Below, piece by piece: positions 25,614-42,299 of a stretch of 64,000 nucleotides of DNA (positions within the stretch are counted from its first letter, which is position 1; every line of letters starts with the position of its first letter). This DNA is from Monocercomonoides exilis PA203. Its lineage: Eukaryota > Protista > Preaxostyla. The position numbers were made by a program, and so were the translations under genes. The stretch spans positions 1,533,599 to 1,597,598 of the forward strand of contig LSRY02000018.1 of assembly GCA_001643675.2 (NCBI GenBank), read 5' to 3'. The notes beneath the pieces were generated by a model. It saw nothing but the letters and a program-made list of their open reading frames with translations. It was not told where the DNA came from and did no database searches.

Positions 25614-26259
25614 TTATCTTCGCTTATGTGAAAACTCATTCGTAAGCCATTCTAAGCCTTCAAGAAGTCCATCCCCTGTCAAAGCAGAGCAAGGCTGAAT
25701 GTGCCAAGATCTCCCTGCACAAAGACTATCAAGTTCCAGCTTTTCCTGAATATATTCTGGACTAACAGCCCCGCTCAGATCTTGCTTGTTCCCATATATC
25801 AAAAGAGGAACATTTCCTGTTTCTTTTTGTTGAAGTAAATCGTGAAGCTCATCTTTCACGCAATCTCTGCACTCCATTGTTGCGCAAGCAAGGCGAGAAA
25901 CATCTGCGCTGTCTATTACAAAAATGATCGCATCTTTTCCTTCATAGTAACGGAAAATACGAGGTCTTATTCTTTTGCTTTCTCCAATTTCCCAAATCGT
26001 AAATGTAATTCTTTTGTAATGAATATTTTCTATGTTCAATCCAATTGTAGGAAGTGTTTGAATGAACTCTTTAAGCTTTAATCTGTACAAAATTGAAGTT
26101 TTCCCAGCGGCTGTCATCAGTATGGAAAAAAAAAACAAAATCATAATTTATTCGTTTCATAATTTTTTTCCTTAGATTCAAACCATCCAATCCTTATATC
26201 AAGATTCTTTTCTCTATTTTGCCAAATGTGTTCATTATCTTTGATAAAAGCAATCCCAT
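25614..26259 (-). pseudogene. ARF-family small GTPase with in-frame TAA at codon 22 (exons 26259-26184, 26110-25614)
   Basis: MGLLLSK...KRILI*GLD|[20 protein letters not shown]. The stop at 26196-26194 falls where Leu is expected. Switch II is degenerate (WEIGES instead of WDVGGQ). Confidence 0.75.
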
Positions 26260-27255
26260 TTCAATAAAATGCTGTTTTTTTTTTTAAAACAAATGGGACA
26301 ATCTTATTTGCTTTATGAATTTTGTTCCATTCAGAGTTTCCGAATATATTTCTCATTTTTTTTTATTTTTCTAAACATTTTTGGAAAAGAATGTTAGACT
26401 TGCTATGATATGAAAGTGGAAAAAGTTTGGAAAAAATATTTGCTTTTTTTAAAAAAGCAAGAATTTTGTACCAAATCAATTTTTTAACCATTATAAAAAT
26501 AATCAGAAAAAATAATTGAAGGAATTTTTGGTATGAATTGTTTTTCTCACTTAAATATTCTTGTATTCATTATCTCTCTGCAAAAAAGCCTTTGCTACAC
26601 TGAATATTGAATGAAGAAAATTTGCAGAATTTGTTTTATACAGCCAAAAAGTCATTTTTTGATTGAAAAAGCATTAATAAGATGATTATTGAATTTTTCG
26701 AAAAGCCCATTTCGAAAAGTACAATCGAAGCTGAATGTTGATGAAAATACTTAACCTCTATTTTATATTTTTTATTTTTCAATTTTTTTTTCCAGTTTAT
26801 TTATTTGTTGTATACTTAAATGACATTTATTCGATTTGAATAATTCAAATTAATAATAATCTTGTTGACGTTGTTGTATCGTAAGAAAAGTTATTTTCCA
26901 GAATTTACCTAATGGGACATATTTTTTTCGTTTTAAAAAAGAACTCAAATTTGTTCCGAACTTGTTCTGCAATTATTTCATGAAAACTATTTTATCACAA
27001 CGTGCAATTCCAGAATAATAACTTGCAAGAAATCTATTAAAAAAGAAAGAAAGAAAATGTCTGATTATAATTTCGTCTTTTGCACTCCCAACACTCAAAA
27101 AAACAAAGGAGATTTTTCAGAGTTACAAAAATGGGCAAATGTTTCCTTTGGTGGACCTAATTTTTATTTTGCATGAAGTGCATTTTTAATTAACAAAAAG
27201 TAGAAAAATGTGATATTAAATGTGAATTAAAGTGCGGAAATGTGTTTTTACATGG

Positions 27256-27327
27256 AAAAATGGCAAGTAACAAGTATATGGACCATCGATATAAAAATTT
27301 TTTAACATTTAAAACCAAACAAAAAGG
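27256..27327 (+). repeat. ~72-bp sequence with a near-identical inverted copy at 35353-35424
   Basis: AAAAATGGCAAGTAACAAGTATATGGACCATCGATATAAAAATTTTTTAACATTTAAAACCAAACAAAAAGG versus the reverse complement of 35353-35424 (2 mismatches by eye). Confidence 0.85.
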
Positions 27328-27999
27328 AATAAAAACATATTTGAAATTCGTTTTTCCTGTCGAAAATGCATTGTTTTGAACTAACCATTTTTCGCTTGGT
27401 CTGTCACATTAAAAATTCGATATTTTTCAGTTTTTATTTTTTCTCAATATTGAAAGCTTGGAGCTTTGCCATCTCACAAAAAGGAATTTTAAAGAAATTT
27501 ATTTTGTTATTTGCTTCAAAATGTTTCATAAATCTTCACATCATCATTTTGAACGGTTGTAATTCAAAAAAAAATTATGTTTTTATTCAATATGATTAAT
27601 TACTCAGCAAAAAACAAGAACATGAATTGCATTATTTGAAATAGTTCTTATTTCACAAATGTATGTGAAATATTTGATTCGTTTCAAAAATTTTTATTCG
27701 AATGAAATATAAGTGATAATTCTATATCCTTGAAATGAAAGTTATCAAATTTCTGAAGCTTTGTGCACTTTCAAGATTTATTTTGAAACTGCTGATGTAA
27801 AAAACGAAGACTTTTATTCGTAAATGAAATGTGTCAACCACAAAAAAACAATTAACATTACAAATAACAACAGCTTTTTGTTGTTGGAACAAAGAAACGT
27901 TGAAAAAAGCACAGGGACTAGCTAAATCACCTAGCTTCATTAACAAAAATAATTCTATTTATAAGACAAGAACGTTTTGTAACTAATTTTCGTTTTGAT

Positions 28000-30050
28000 G
28001 CTATCTGATCTCGCTGAATTTTTCACACTGGTCTTCCCCTCACCCTCAATCTTAATTACTTTTCTCTTTATTTGAAAACACAATATACCATTATGATCAG
28101 TGAAACACTATAAAAGGTACCAAATCAACAGGTTCATCTTTTGTCTTATCCTCCACTTAGATGGTCGTTTCTCTGTCAAAAGCCAACTTGCTGAAGTCCA
28201 TCACAAACAGCGCTTTGTTGATTTGACTGGTGATTGATCTGCAGACAATGAAAAGGTTCTTCGCCACTTTAGCTCTGCTTTTGAAGCCTGACTTGGCGAA
28301 AAGTTATTGGAAGACCTTTCATAATCCTTGAAAAAGAAACATTTGAATGTTCTGGATTGTCCATACATTTCAATACAATTGCGCCTCCTCTGCCTTCACT
28401 TGTTGAGCGCGCACATGTTACAAAAGACAATTCATTCGCCTTCTCACTGCCTTCATTTGCCCAGCTGTCAGCCAGCCCACCCGCCTTCTCCTTCATCCAC
28501 ACACAAAACGCCCCTCCCAGCTGAGACTCGCTGTTGCAGTCGCTGAATGTCGAGTTGTCCATCGTCAGCTCCACAGACAGCGCGCTCTCATAAGAAATGA
28601 TCGACGCCTTCGCACTTGTGCTGCGGATGAGATGCCACTGAAGATTCTCCAGTCTGATTTCGCTCGCTTCTTTGCCCGCTTTTGTTTCTTTGCCATTCTT
28701 TGATATGACTGATTCCTCATCCCTCTTCTCTTCCGCATCGCCCACAGAAATAAACGATCCATCTGCAAAACTCAGAACATCAACAGAAAACGCACTTGCC
28801 ACAAAATGTGCAGCGGGTGCTGAAAGTCGGATGGCCGATGTCGCAAAGGAGAGCTCAGCCATTTTGGACTCTTCAATCGAAAGTGTCCCAGACGAAACAT
28901 GGAAAAGCACAAACGCAATGCCTTCTTCTGCTGTCTGCATCGCAAAGGAGCATTTGTTAAGTGTGGCTGTTCCTGTCTCAGTGAAAAGAAGTTCCTTTTG
29001 TTGCGTTTCGAAAGACGAAGGCAGGCAGAAGTTGATGGAGGTGAAGGTGAGCATAAGCTTGTTTGTGAGCACAGCCTCAGAAGGCTCAGAAAAAGATTGA
29101 ATAGCTTTTCCCACATTGATTGTGCATTTATCTGAGGAAGGCTCATCAGAAGAGCAAGAAGAAGAAGAAGAACCGGGAGAAGAAGGAACAGCTGAGCTTG
29201 TTGATCTGTTTGAAAGGTCCTACTTGTCTGAAATGGCAGCACTTGTGTTGATTTTGATTTCTCTGAACTGAATTCCTTCTATGAAATGCCTCATCCTTTC
29301 CCAAAACGTCAGGCAAGGCTCCTTTTCTTACACGCACCTGTGTATATCTCTTCCCCTCGACGACACATAAATAGAATTGTCTGTGTGCTCAAACAGCAGC
29401 TTGTCCAGAAATATGCCTTCAGAAAAGTTCACTTCATCTACCCCAAAGAAAGCTGTTGGATTTTTCCATTCAGTTAAATTAAACATCAACCTTTTAACAA
29501 CAACTGAAAAATTTATATCGGAGCTCAATGTGAACACGTTTTTGCAAGCAAATGCTTTTTTCTCAGAAAATACCAAGTCAGATAAAGAAAATCCATCGAT
29601 CGAATTGCAGCAGCTCAAATACAAAAACCCTCCTTTTCCGACAAAAGTCGAACAAACGCAAACAACTCAGAATTCACACCATTCCTCAGATCATTCGCCA
29701 CAATGAACATATCTCTTCCCTGGTGTGCCATGTTTCCTCCAACACTTATCTCTGAAAATGAATATCTGTCATTGTTGTCTGTTGCACATGTCAAATAGAT
29801 TCCTCCCCCACATCCTTCAGAACTACTGCAGATGCTGTTCGTCACTCCCACATTCCTCATTTTCAGCTGCCCATCTCCCCCTTTCAGCTCAAAAGACATC
29901 GCTCCTCCCTTTTTGCATCCTTCTGAGCAGAGTGTTTGGAACGTGCATCCCACAACTTCGATTTCGTAGCTGTTCTGAAGAGAGAATATCGAAGAACACG
30001 GTTTTAATGCTCCCTTGTTGATGCTCCTGAGTGAAGAAAATTTCAAAAGA
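28000..30050 (-). pseudogene. Frameshifted remnant of a beta-helix (GGA-repeat, pectin-lyase/POMP-like) surface protein
   Basis: Successive minus-strand ORFs in different frames carry GGAMSF, GCGGGIYL, QGRDMFIVA, LGGAFCV, GRGGAIVL and IYVSSRGRD. Several frameshifts and stops. Confidence 0.65.
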
Positions 30051-30513
30051 AGAACTGTTGTTGAAAAATCTTCTCTTTTGAAAAAATTTTCCATTTTTTC
30101 CATTTTTTTTGTTTTGTTATGTTTTGTTTTTTCTTTTTTTGGGATATATTCAAATTAGAAAATAAATTCATGAATGATATTTTGCGAAATATTCTTATTT
30201 TTAAACATGGGCATGCATATATCATCGACGTAACAAACGAAAACACTGAATTTTGTTTCAAAAAATAAATCTGTCATTCAATTTGCATATGACAGTGCGC
30301 TTTTGACAATTAGTTATTTTCTGATGTTCTTCGAACTTTGCGCATTCCCTTGTGCTCATATTAACCTATGCGAAAGTTAAAACTTTAGTGTGATTATTTC
30401 GTTCGAAAAAACAATAAATTATGTGAAAATGGAAATTATTTGTATTTTTCCAAATATTTACACAACAAAAATAAGCATGAGAAAATATTACACGTATTCA
30501 TTAATGAATAAAT

Positions 30514-30753
30514 GGGTGATTCTTTTTGAAAAGTCACAAATGTTTAATTATCAAATAAAACTAAATTTTCATATTTTGCTCAAATTTCTGTTAACACAAA
30601 CCAAACTTCACAAAAATAAAATCCATTTCTTAATAATGATAATTCAAACATTCATGAGAAGATTTGTGAGCTGAAACAGAAATTTGAGCAAAATATGAAA
30701 TTTTATATATATTTGAAAATTAAACATTTGTGACTTTTCAAAAAGAATCACCC
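30514..30753. mobile_element. MITE (240 bp) with ~80-bp TIRs and 4-bp AAAT flanking duplication
   Basis: aaat|GGGTGATTCTTTTTGAAAAGTCACAAATGTTTAATT...AATTAAACATTTGTGACTTTTCAAAAAGAATCACCC|aaat. The inner TIR part CATATTTTGCTCAAATTTCTGTT is also mirrored. Confidence 0.85.
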
Positions 30754-30980
30754 AAATAAAAGAATTATAAATTTGATAATTTCGAAATTTCTATGTGACA
30801 GACCAAGTGAAAAATGGTTAGTTCAAAACAATGCATTTTCGACAGAAAAAACGAATTTCAAATATATTTTTATTCCTTTTTGTAAACATCTGCGTCACCT
30901 TGGAAAAGGCGAGACCAAGTCAGTCAGTGCCCGTCAGTTTCTTTTTTCTTTTTCTTTTTCTTATTTCTTTTTTCTTTTTC

Positions 30981-31013
<33 letters not shown>

Positions 31014-31081
31014 GATTAAAACAAACTATTTTTTAAATTTATGTTTTGAAAAGGATAAACCACTAACCAACAATTAATAAT

Positions 31082-32486
31082 GGCAGAAGGTAACAATACA
31101 CCACAACCCAAATTCATTTTAATTGTGTTCCACATGTTAAAATTCGTTGTTTTAAAACATTTTCTTTAACTTCCAACTCCGGGTTTTGAAGAAAAACAAA
31201 AATGAATTTTCATAGAAAATATATTATTTTGGGTCAAAATGCGAATGAAAAAAATAAATTAGTCACAATTCATACTCGGATGCATCTGCTCCATCGCCCG
31301 CTCCTAAAGAATCAGATTCATCTTCAGTTTCTTCATCATTTTCATTTAAAACTGGCACATCACTTTCATCAGATTCTTCGGTTTCATCTTTTTCGGATTC
31401 ATCAATTTCTTTTTCAACATTTGAGGGCTTATAAACGAGTAATTTTTGAATGAAATCTTCAAATTCAAGTGTTTCTGATCTTTTTCCAACAAAGCTAGTC
31501 ACAAAGTCATCAATGTATTTTTCTTTAATTCCATTTCTTGGAAGAGATTTTCGAAAGCTTGACCAAGTGCTTTCAATCAAATTTGTGCAAATGCCACTTT
31601 CTGGATCCACGAAATTGTATTTGTGACTAACAGTGTGATGATCATAACCTAAAGATGACAATGAGCTGTAGGCTTTCCACTCGTCTGAGTAAATAGTTGA
31701 TCCTGGAATCGTGTTATTTTCGATAATCGGTATTAATGTCTCTTTTTTTCTGTTTTTCACTCTCACAATCAAACATTTCCCTTTCTTTCCATCATGTTTT
31801 CTTTCTATCATTCCGAATAACCATATCTGTTTCTTTCTCCTCCCTTTTCGAAATTTTCTTTTTCGTAGAATTGCTTCATCTATTTCAATAATTATTCCCG
31901 GGCCACCAAGCTTTTCGAAAGATGTTGAACCGTAATCAGCCATACATGCTCTTCCAATGGAATAGAAGCCACCAACAGTTTGTCTTGAAACATCAGTCAA
32001 TAAGCTGCACTGATATATTTCGATGTTGATCCAGAAACACAAAAATATCATCATTATTTTCTCTATTGGTATTTTTGAATTTTTCAAAGGAGTCAATCCT
32101 AACAGTGAGCAGTATTTTCCACATCTGTAGCACCTGTAATTTCTGCAATTATCTCGAGCTTCAATGGAGAAATTTTTCCTGCACTTAGGGCATCTTCTGT
32201 TCACTGCAAATGGCATAAATCTCATTAACCAATTCCACGTTGCTACATTATCTTGGAACAGTTTTGTTTTTTGAAAAATATTTGATTTGCAATCCGGAAT
32301 GTGAGACATCAATGCGATCAAATATGATCCATCCCATGAAAAGTGGATATTTTCCCAAAATTTAAAAATTTTATTTCTCACAAACCCGGAGGTTTCATAT
32401 TATAATTCTTTTTTGTAAATGAATAACAAGTAATTATCTGCTAAAATATATAGGTTTTGGATTGTGGTGTATTGTTACCCTCCACC
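31082..32486 (-). mobile_element. Complete Merlin (IS1595/ISXO2-like) DNA transposon, 1405 bp
   Basis: TIRs GGCAGAAGGTAACAATACACCACAACCCAAA (31082-31112) and its imperfect reverse complement ending at 32486. Exact 8-bp TSD TTAATAAT at 31074-31081 and 32487-32494. Internal transposase ORF. Confidence 0.92.
31263..32309 (-). CDS. Merlin/IS1595-family DDE transposase with N-terminal Zn ribbon and acidic tail
   Basis: CPKC...CYRC, LGGPGIIIEIDEA (D), WLFGMIER, IYSDEWKAY (D), HHTVSHK.NFVDP, TNLIESTW (E). Uninterrupted ORF; first ATG at 32309. Confidence 0.92.
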   Translation of the reverse strand: MSHIPDCKSNIFQKTKLFQDNVATWNWLMRFMPFAVNRRCPKCRKNFSIEARDNCRNYRCYRCGKYCSLLGLTPLKNSKIPIEKIMMIFLCFWINIEIYQCSLLTDVSRQTVGGFYSIGRACMADYGSTSFEKLGGPGIIIEIDEAILRKRKFRKGRRKKQIWLFGMIERKHDGKKGKCLIVRVKNRKKETLIPIIENNTIPGSTIYSDEWKAYSSLSSLGYDHHTVSHKYNFVDPESGICTNLIESTWSSFRKSLPRNGIKEKYIDDFVTSFVGKRSETLEFEDFIQKLLVYKPSNVEKEIDESEKDETEESDESDVPVLNENDEETEDESDSLGAGDGADASEYEL

Positions 32487-33269
32487 TTAATAATTTTCGA
32501 AAAATATATCAGCACAATTTACAATCAACAAACCTTAATAAAATTCTTATTCATTTCAGTTCTTTTTCACACTTTCACAGAGGTTATCACTTTAACTTCA
32601 ATTGTGCAACAAGATTGCTCAATTTGTTTGTTAAAGTTTTAGAAGTATTATTTTCAGTTTTGCATTTTCATTATTATTCATATTTGAAAAGAATAAAACT
32701 TGATTGAATTCTTGTGAACAAAAAATTTACTCTTCAATCGACATTCTTTTAACGATTTTCCATAATGATTCTTGTAATTTGCTATAAAAATTTTATTCCT
32801 TTTTGTTAAGAATAGTTTGTTTTGACAAAAATAAGAATATTGCGAGTTTTTTGAAATAAAAGTGAATCAAGGATATATTGTCCATGAATATGAAAAGAAA
32901 TTCTTTTATGTTTCATATTTAAAAAAAAATGATTTCTAAAATTATATATTTTTTTGTTTTCTGTTTTCAGAATTTGTTTCTTTATTTTCATTTTGTAAGT
33001 TGTTCCTCTCCTTTTTGTGAAAGTTTCTTTGTTTGAATGAAAAATTAATGCGCGTTATTGCTATTCATTTTGATGGTTTTGATTTTCTTCCTTTTTATTC
33101 ATTCATCATCGTCGTCATTATCATATTCTTTTTCTTCTTTTTCTCCATTGAATACTTCGTCTTCTCCTCTTTTTTCTTTCACCTCCTCCTCTTCTCATCT
33201 TCTTTTGCTATTTCTATTTCTATTTCTTAATTTTTTGTTTTTATTTTTATCTTTATCTAATTCTTATTC

Positions 33270-34860
33270 TTATTCTTTTTCTTTTTCGCCAGCCGCACAG
33301 CCTTTCCCATTTCCCTCAGCTCCCTTTTCCTCCTTTCTTTCCCATAGTCTTCTCTCGCGAAAATCTCCGGTGCCTTTAACTGCAGCTCCATCTTCTCCAA
33401 GGTTGCACATCTCCTCACGGCTTTCCACATCCCGCTTCACCTCCACATCCTCCCCGTTCTCCATCACTTCCCACTGGCTTATGTTCGAAAACAACATCTC
33501 CATCTCCCCGCTCCGCAGGATGCGATGGAATTCGTGCACGCCCCATAACACAACTTTCTCTGAAAATTACTCACAATGCAGCAGCAGCTCCAGCATCCGT
33601 CCTGCATTCTTATTCGCAACTCCAAACAATTCTCTAACTTGATGTTCAGAATTATCTTCCTCTTCCTAAACCCCACACTTCCCCTCCACTCTTCCCTTTC
33701 CACATCCCCCATTCCATTTTTTATTTCCATCATGGATCTCCATCCTTCATCACCACTTTCTTCTCCAGCTCTGCCTTCAATTCCTTCGATGCTTTCGGAG
33801 CGTCTATTCCACACTTTACTCTTCCTATTTGCTTCTTCAATCTCCTTGGGTCGCACAAGCCGCTGCTCCTGCTGCTTCCTCTTCCATCGCAGCTGCACGT
33901 GGAACCCCGTAGTCATCACCACTATCACACACACCGTACTCACTTCAATATGCAGTATGATCGTCCACCCATACAGCTCAAACAGTCCCCTCCCACTGCC
34001 TACCTCTTTCTTTCTCCTTTCCACAGATAATTGCTGCTGTTGCGTTGAACTTTCTTCCTTCCCCTGCCTCATCCTTCCCTGTCTCCTCCCCTGCCCTCCC
34101 TTCTTCCCCTTCTCCCCCTTCCCCGCCTCTCCACTCCTCCACAGCCAGCTCCTCGCTCGAATACACCACCTGCGTCAGCACCTCCTCCTCTGCCCCGCTC
34201 TCCTCAATCACCTCCCGCCCGATTCTCCCGTACCACCGCAGCTGCATGTTCTGCCCTGTGCTCTCAAAACGGTATATCCTCACCAGCTTGCACCCATCTG
34301 CCCCCAGCACAATTTTCTGGAAGGACATCCTTCACTGCACCAGCTCCCGCACTGCGAACTCCAGCCGCGCCTGCTCCCCGCTGCTTGTCCAGCTGATGTT
34401 CGAAAGCACGGAGCAGAAACACACACCAATTGCGCCTGCAGTTTAACCATCCGGTTCAGCTCGCATCTGCTCCCCGGACCAAACATATCGCTCACTGCTG
34501 TGCTCCCCTCCTCCGCACGCTCCCTCCTCTGTTGGATCACCTGAATATCGATCTGTCTCAGCTCCTCCCCGCTCACCACACACTCCTCAACCACCAGCAC
34601 GCATTCCTCTTTCCTCCACAATCTACCATTTCAATTTTGAAATATCATTGAAAACATGAATAACTGTGACTCTATCACCACCAACCCTGCTGCTGCTCTG
34701 CGGTTTTCAACATCTCCTTCCTGCTAAAAAATTCCCACAGCACCTCGCACGCTACGGCACGTCCAATCTTCTCCGAACCGTTGTTTGCTTCTGATACTCA
34801 GCCTCTAAACTCCTACCATTGTTTGAGTTTTGATAAGCACATCTTTTGTCCGCTCCATGT
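33270..34860 (-). pseudogene. Decayed, frameshifted coding relic, probably a beta-helix/surface protein family member
   Basis: GC-rich, purine-biased minus-strand segment broken into short ORFs (ECVLVVEECVVSG..., NISQWEV...EMCNLGEDGAAV) with multiple stops. Confidence 0.45.
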
Positions 34861-35352
34861 CTATGTGAAGAGGGTGCTTTAAAGATTGAAATAAGTTAGT
34901 AAAAAATATAAGAAAAAATGAAAAAATAAAAATTTTTCACAAACGATAAATACAAAAATTTTAACAAGTTATAAACTTTAATATAAACATTTTTTCAAAT
35001 AAAAAATACAAACATTTGAAAAAATGGACTATTGACTTAAATCACGTCAGTGACAGACAGTGACGTGAGTGCCGTGGTATTTATTCCGTTAAAAAATGAT
35101 CACGACACAACCCATTGTTCATTCATTAATTTAAAATAACCGATAAAAAAAATATTAATAATAATCATAATAACACATTAAATCTTATTTAATATTATAA
35201 AAATATTTATTCATTGTTGTTAATATATATATATATATATTTTTTTTGACAAAAGTGGAATTTGAAAAAATGAGTGAATAAAAGTATTTTTTTTGTCACG
35301 TCACGTCACTCCAAAAATGTTCACGTCAGAAGGCATGTGACGCAGATGTTTA

Positions 35353-35424
35353 CCTTTTTGTTTGGTTTTAAATGTTAAAAAATTTATATATCGATGGTCC
35401 ATATACTTGTCACTTGCCATTTTT
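35353..35424 (-). repeat. Inverted partner of the 72-bp repeat at 27256-27327
   Basis: CCTTTTTGTTTGGTTTTAAATGTTAAAAAATTTATATATCGATGGTCCATATACTTGTCACTTGCCATTTTT. Confidence 0.85.
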
Positions 35425-36126
35425 TGGATTTGGAATTAGAGTATTGTTTTTTGAAACAAAAAACATCTGTGAAAAATTGATTTATTGTTCCTTTCAAGCA
35501 AAAAATCAATTTTTGAGTTTGAATGCGAAATTGGTTGTATGATAAGTTAAAAATATCTGGAATCCAAAATTTTATCAAGATGATATTTTTTCGTGAATAA
35601 CTTTTTTTCGAAATTGGATTGTTATTGGTGTATGAGTTCAAAAAAAGTTAAAAAAAAACATTGATTTGATAAATGTGTTGCGTTTAATAACATATGAATA
35701 ACTTTTTTTTCATTTTATTTTCACAAACAACTTCAGAACATCATAATGAAATTGCCTGATAGAAATGATATTTTATTATCTTCATTTTTTTTGTTATAAA
35801 AATATGAAACAAAATAATGTTGCATTTTCGGAGAAAATAAAACATTCACAAAATTGTTTCAAGTATTTGTGAAATTAGAAAATATTACCTAAAAAATTAT
35901 GCACATAATTCAATTTTGCCACAATTTTGAAAAATGAAAATTAAAAAAAAAAATAAATAAATAAATAAATAAAGAATTATAAAAATCAAAAATCAAAAGC
36001 TACATAACAAATTGATAGTATGAAGAAAAATGAAAACAAAAATTTACATGTCCTTAATTATATTTGATTAAGAAACTATCAAACGGATGTATGTGATATT
36101 GCTTATTAAATATTATTAAAAACATT

Positions 36127-41700
<5,574 letters not shown>

Positions 41701-42299
41701 TTTGAGGGGAAAGGAAAGGAAAGTGCGAAAAGAAAGTGAATTAACTTTGAAGAAATACATCAAGAGTGATTTCCACAATCTATTCGTCAAAAGTTTTATG
41801 ATTGAGTTTTTCTAACCAATCTGAAGTTTACACATCGAATTAGATGTTTCAGCCAATCAACGACTTCACGCAAAGCGTCCTCGTCATCTATTTCAGGAAT
41901 GCCGGTTGAGTGATTGCACATTTCTCAATAATTTCTTCTTCTTCCTCATCATTTCCATCTTCTTCACATTCTTCACATTCTTCACCTTCTTCACCTTCTT
42001 CTCCTTCTTCTCCTCCTTCTCCTCCTACTCCTTCTTCACCTTCTTTGTTTGCAAATATCTATATCAGATATTAATATCTTTAGTATTTTCTTCTTCCATA
42101 GAATGGCATCATTTTCTATTTGATGAAGAGAAAAAAGAGCCAACCATGCAAACGCGGTCAATTGACATGCAGATATCCATCTTCATCAATTTCTATCACT
42201 TTTTCTGTAACAAGTTTAGTGATTTGGATTATCTGTTCATTCTCAGGAAAACTTCCAAAAACGAAATTATTTGTTGTTTAATGGACAACATCGAATAAA

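Noticed and set aside
26194-26196. TAA as evidence for a TAR=Gln genetic code
   Set aside because: RPL35A, ACS, DHPS and others terminate at TAA, and the long ORFs have no internal TAR.
33576-34544. 322-aa plus-strand ORF and the many other antisense ORFs over large genes
   Set aside because: These are shadow frames of purine-biased opposite-strand coding sequence, with low-complexity S/P/L/F composition.
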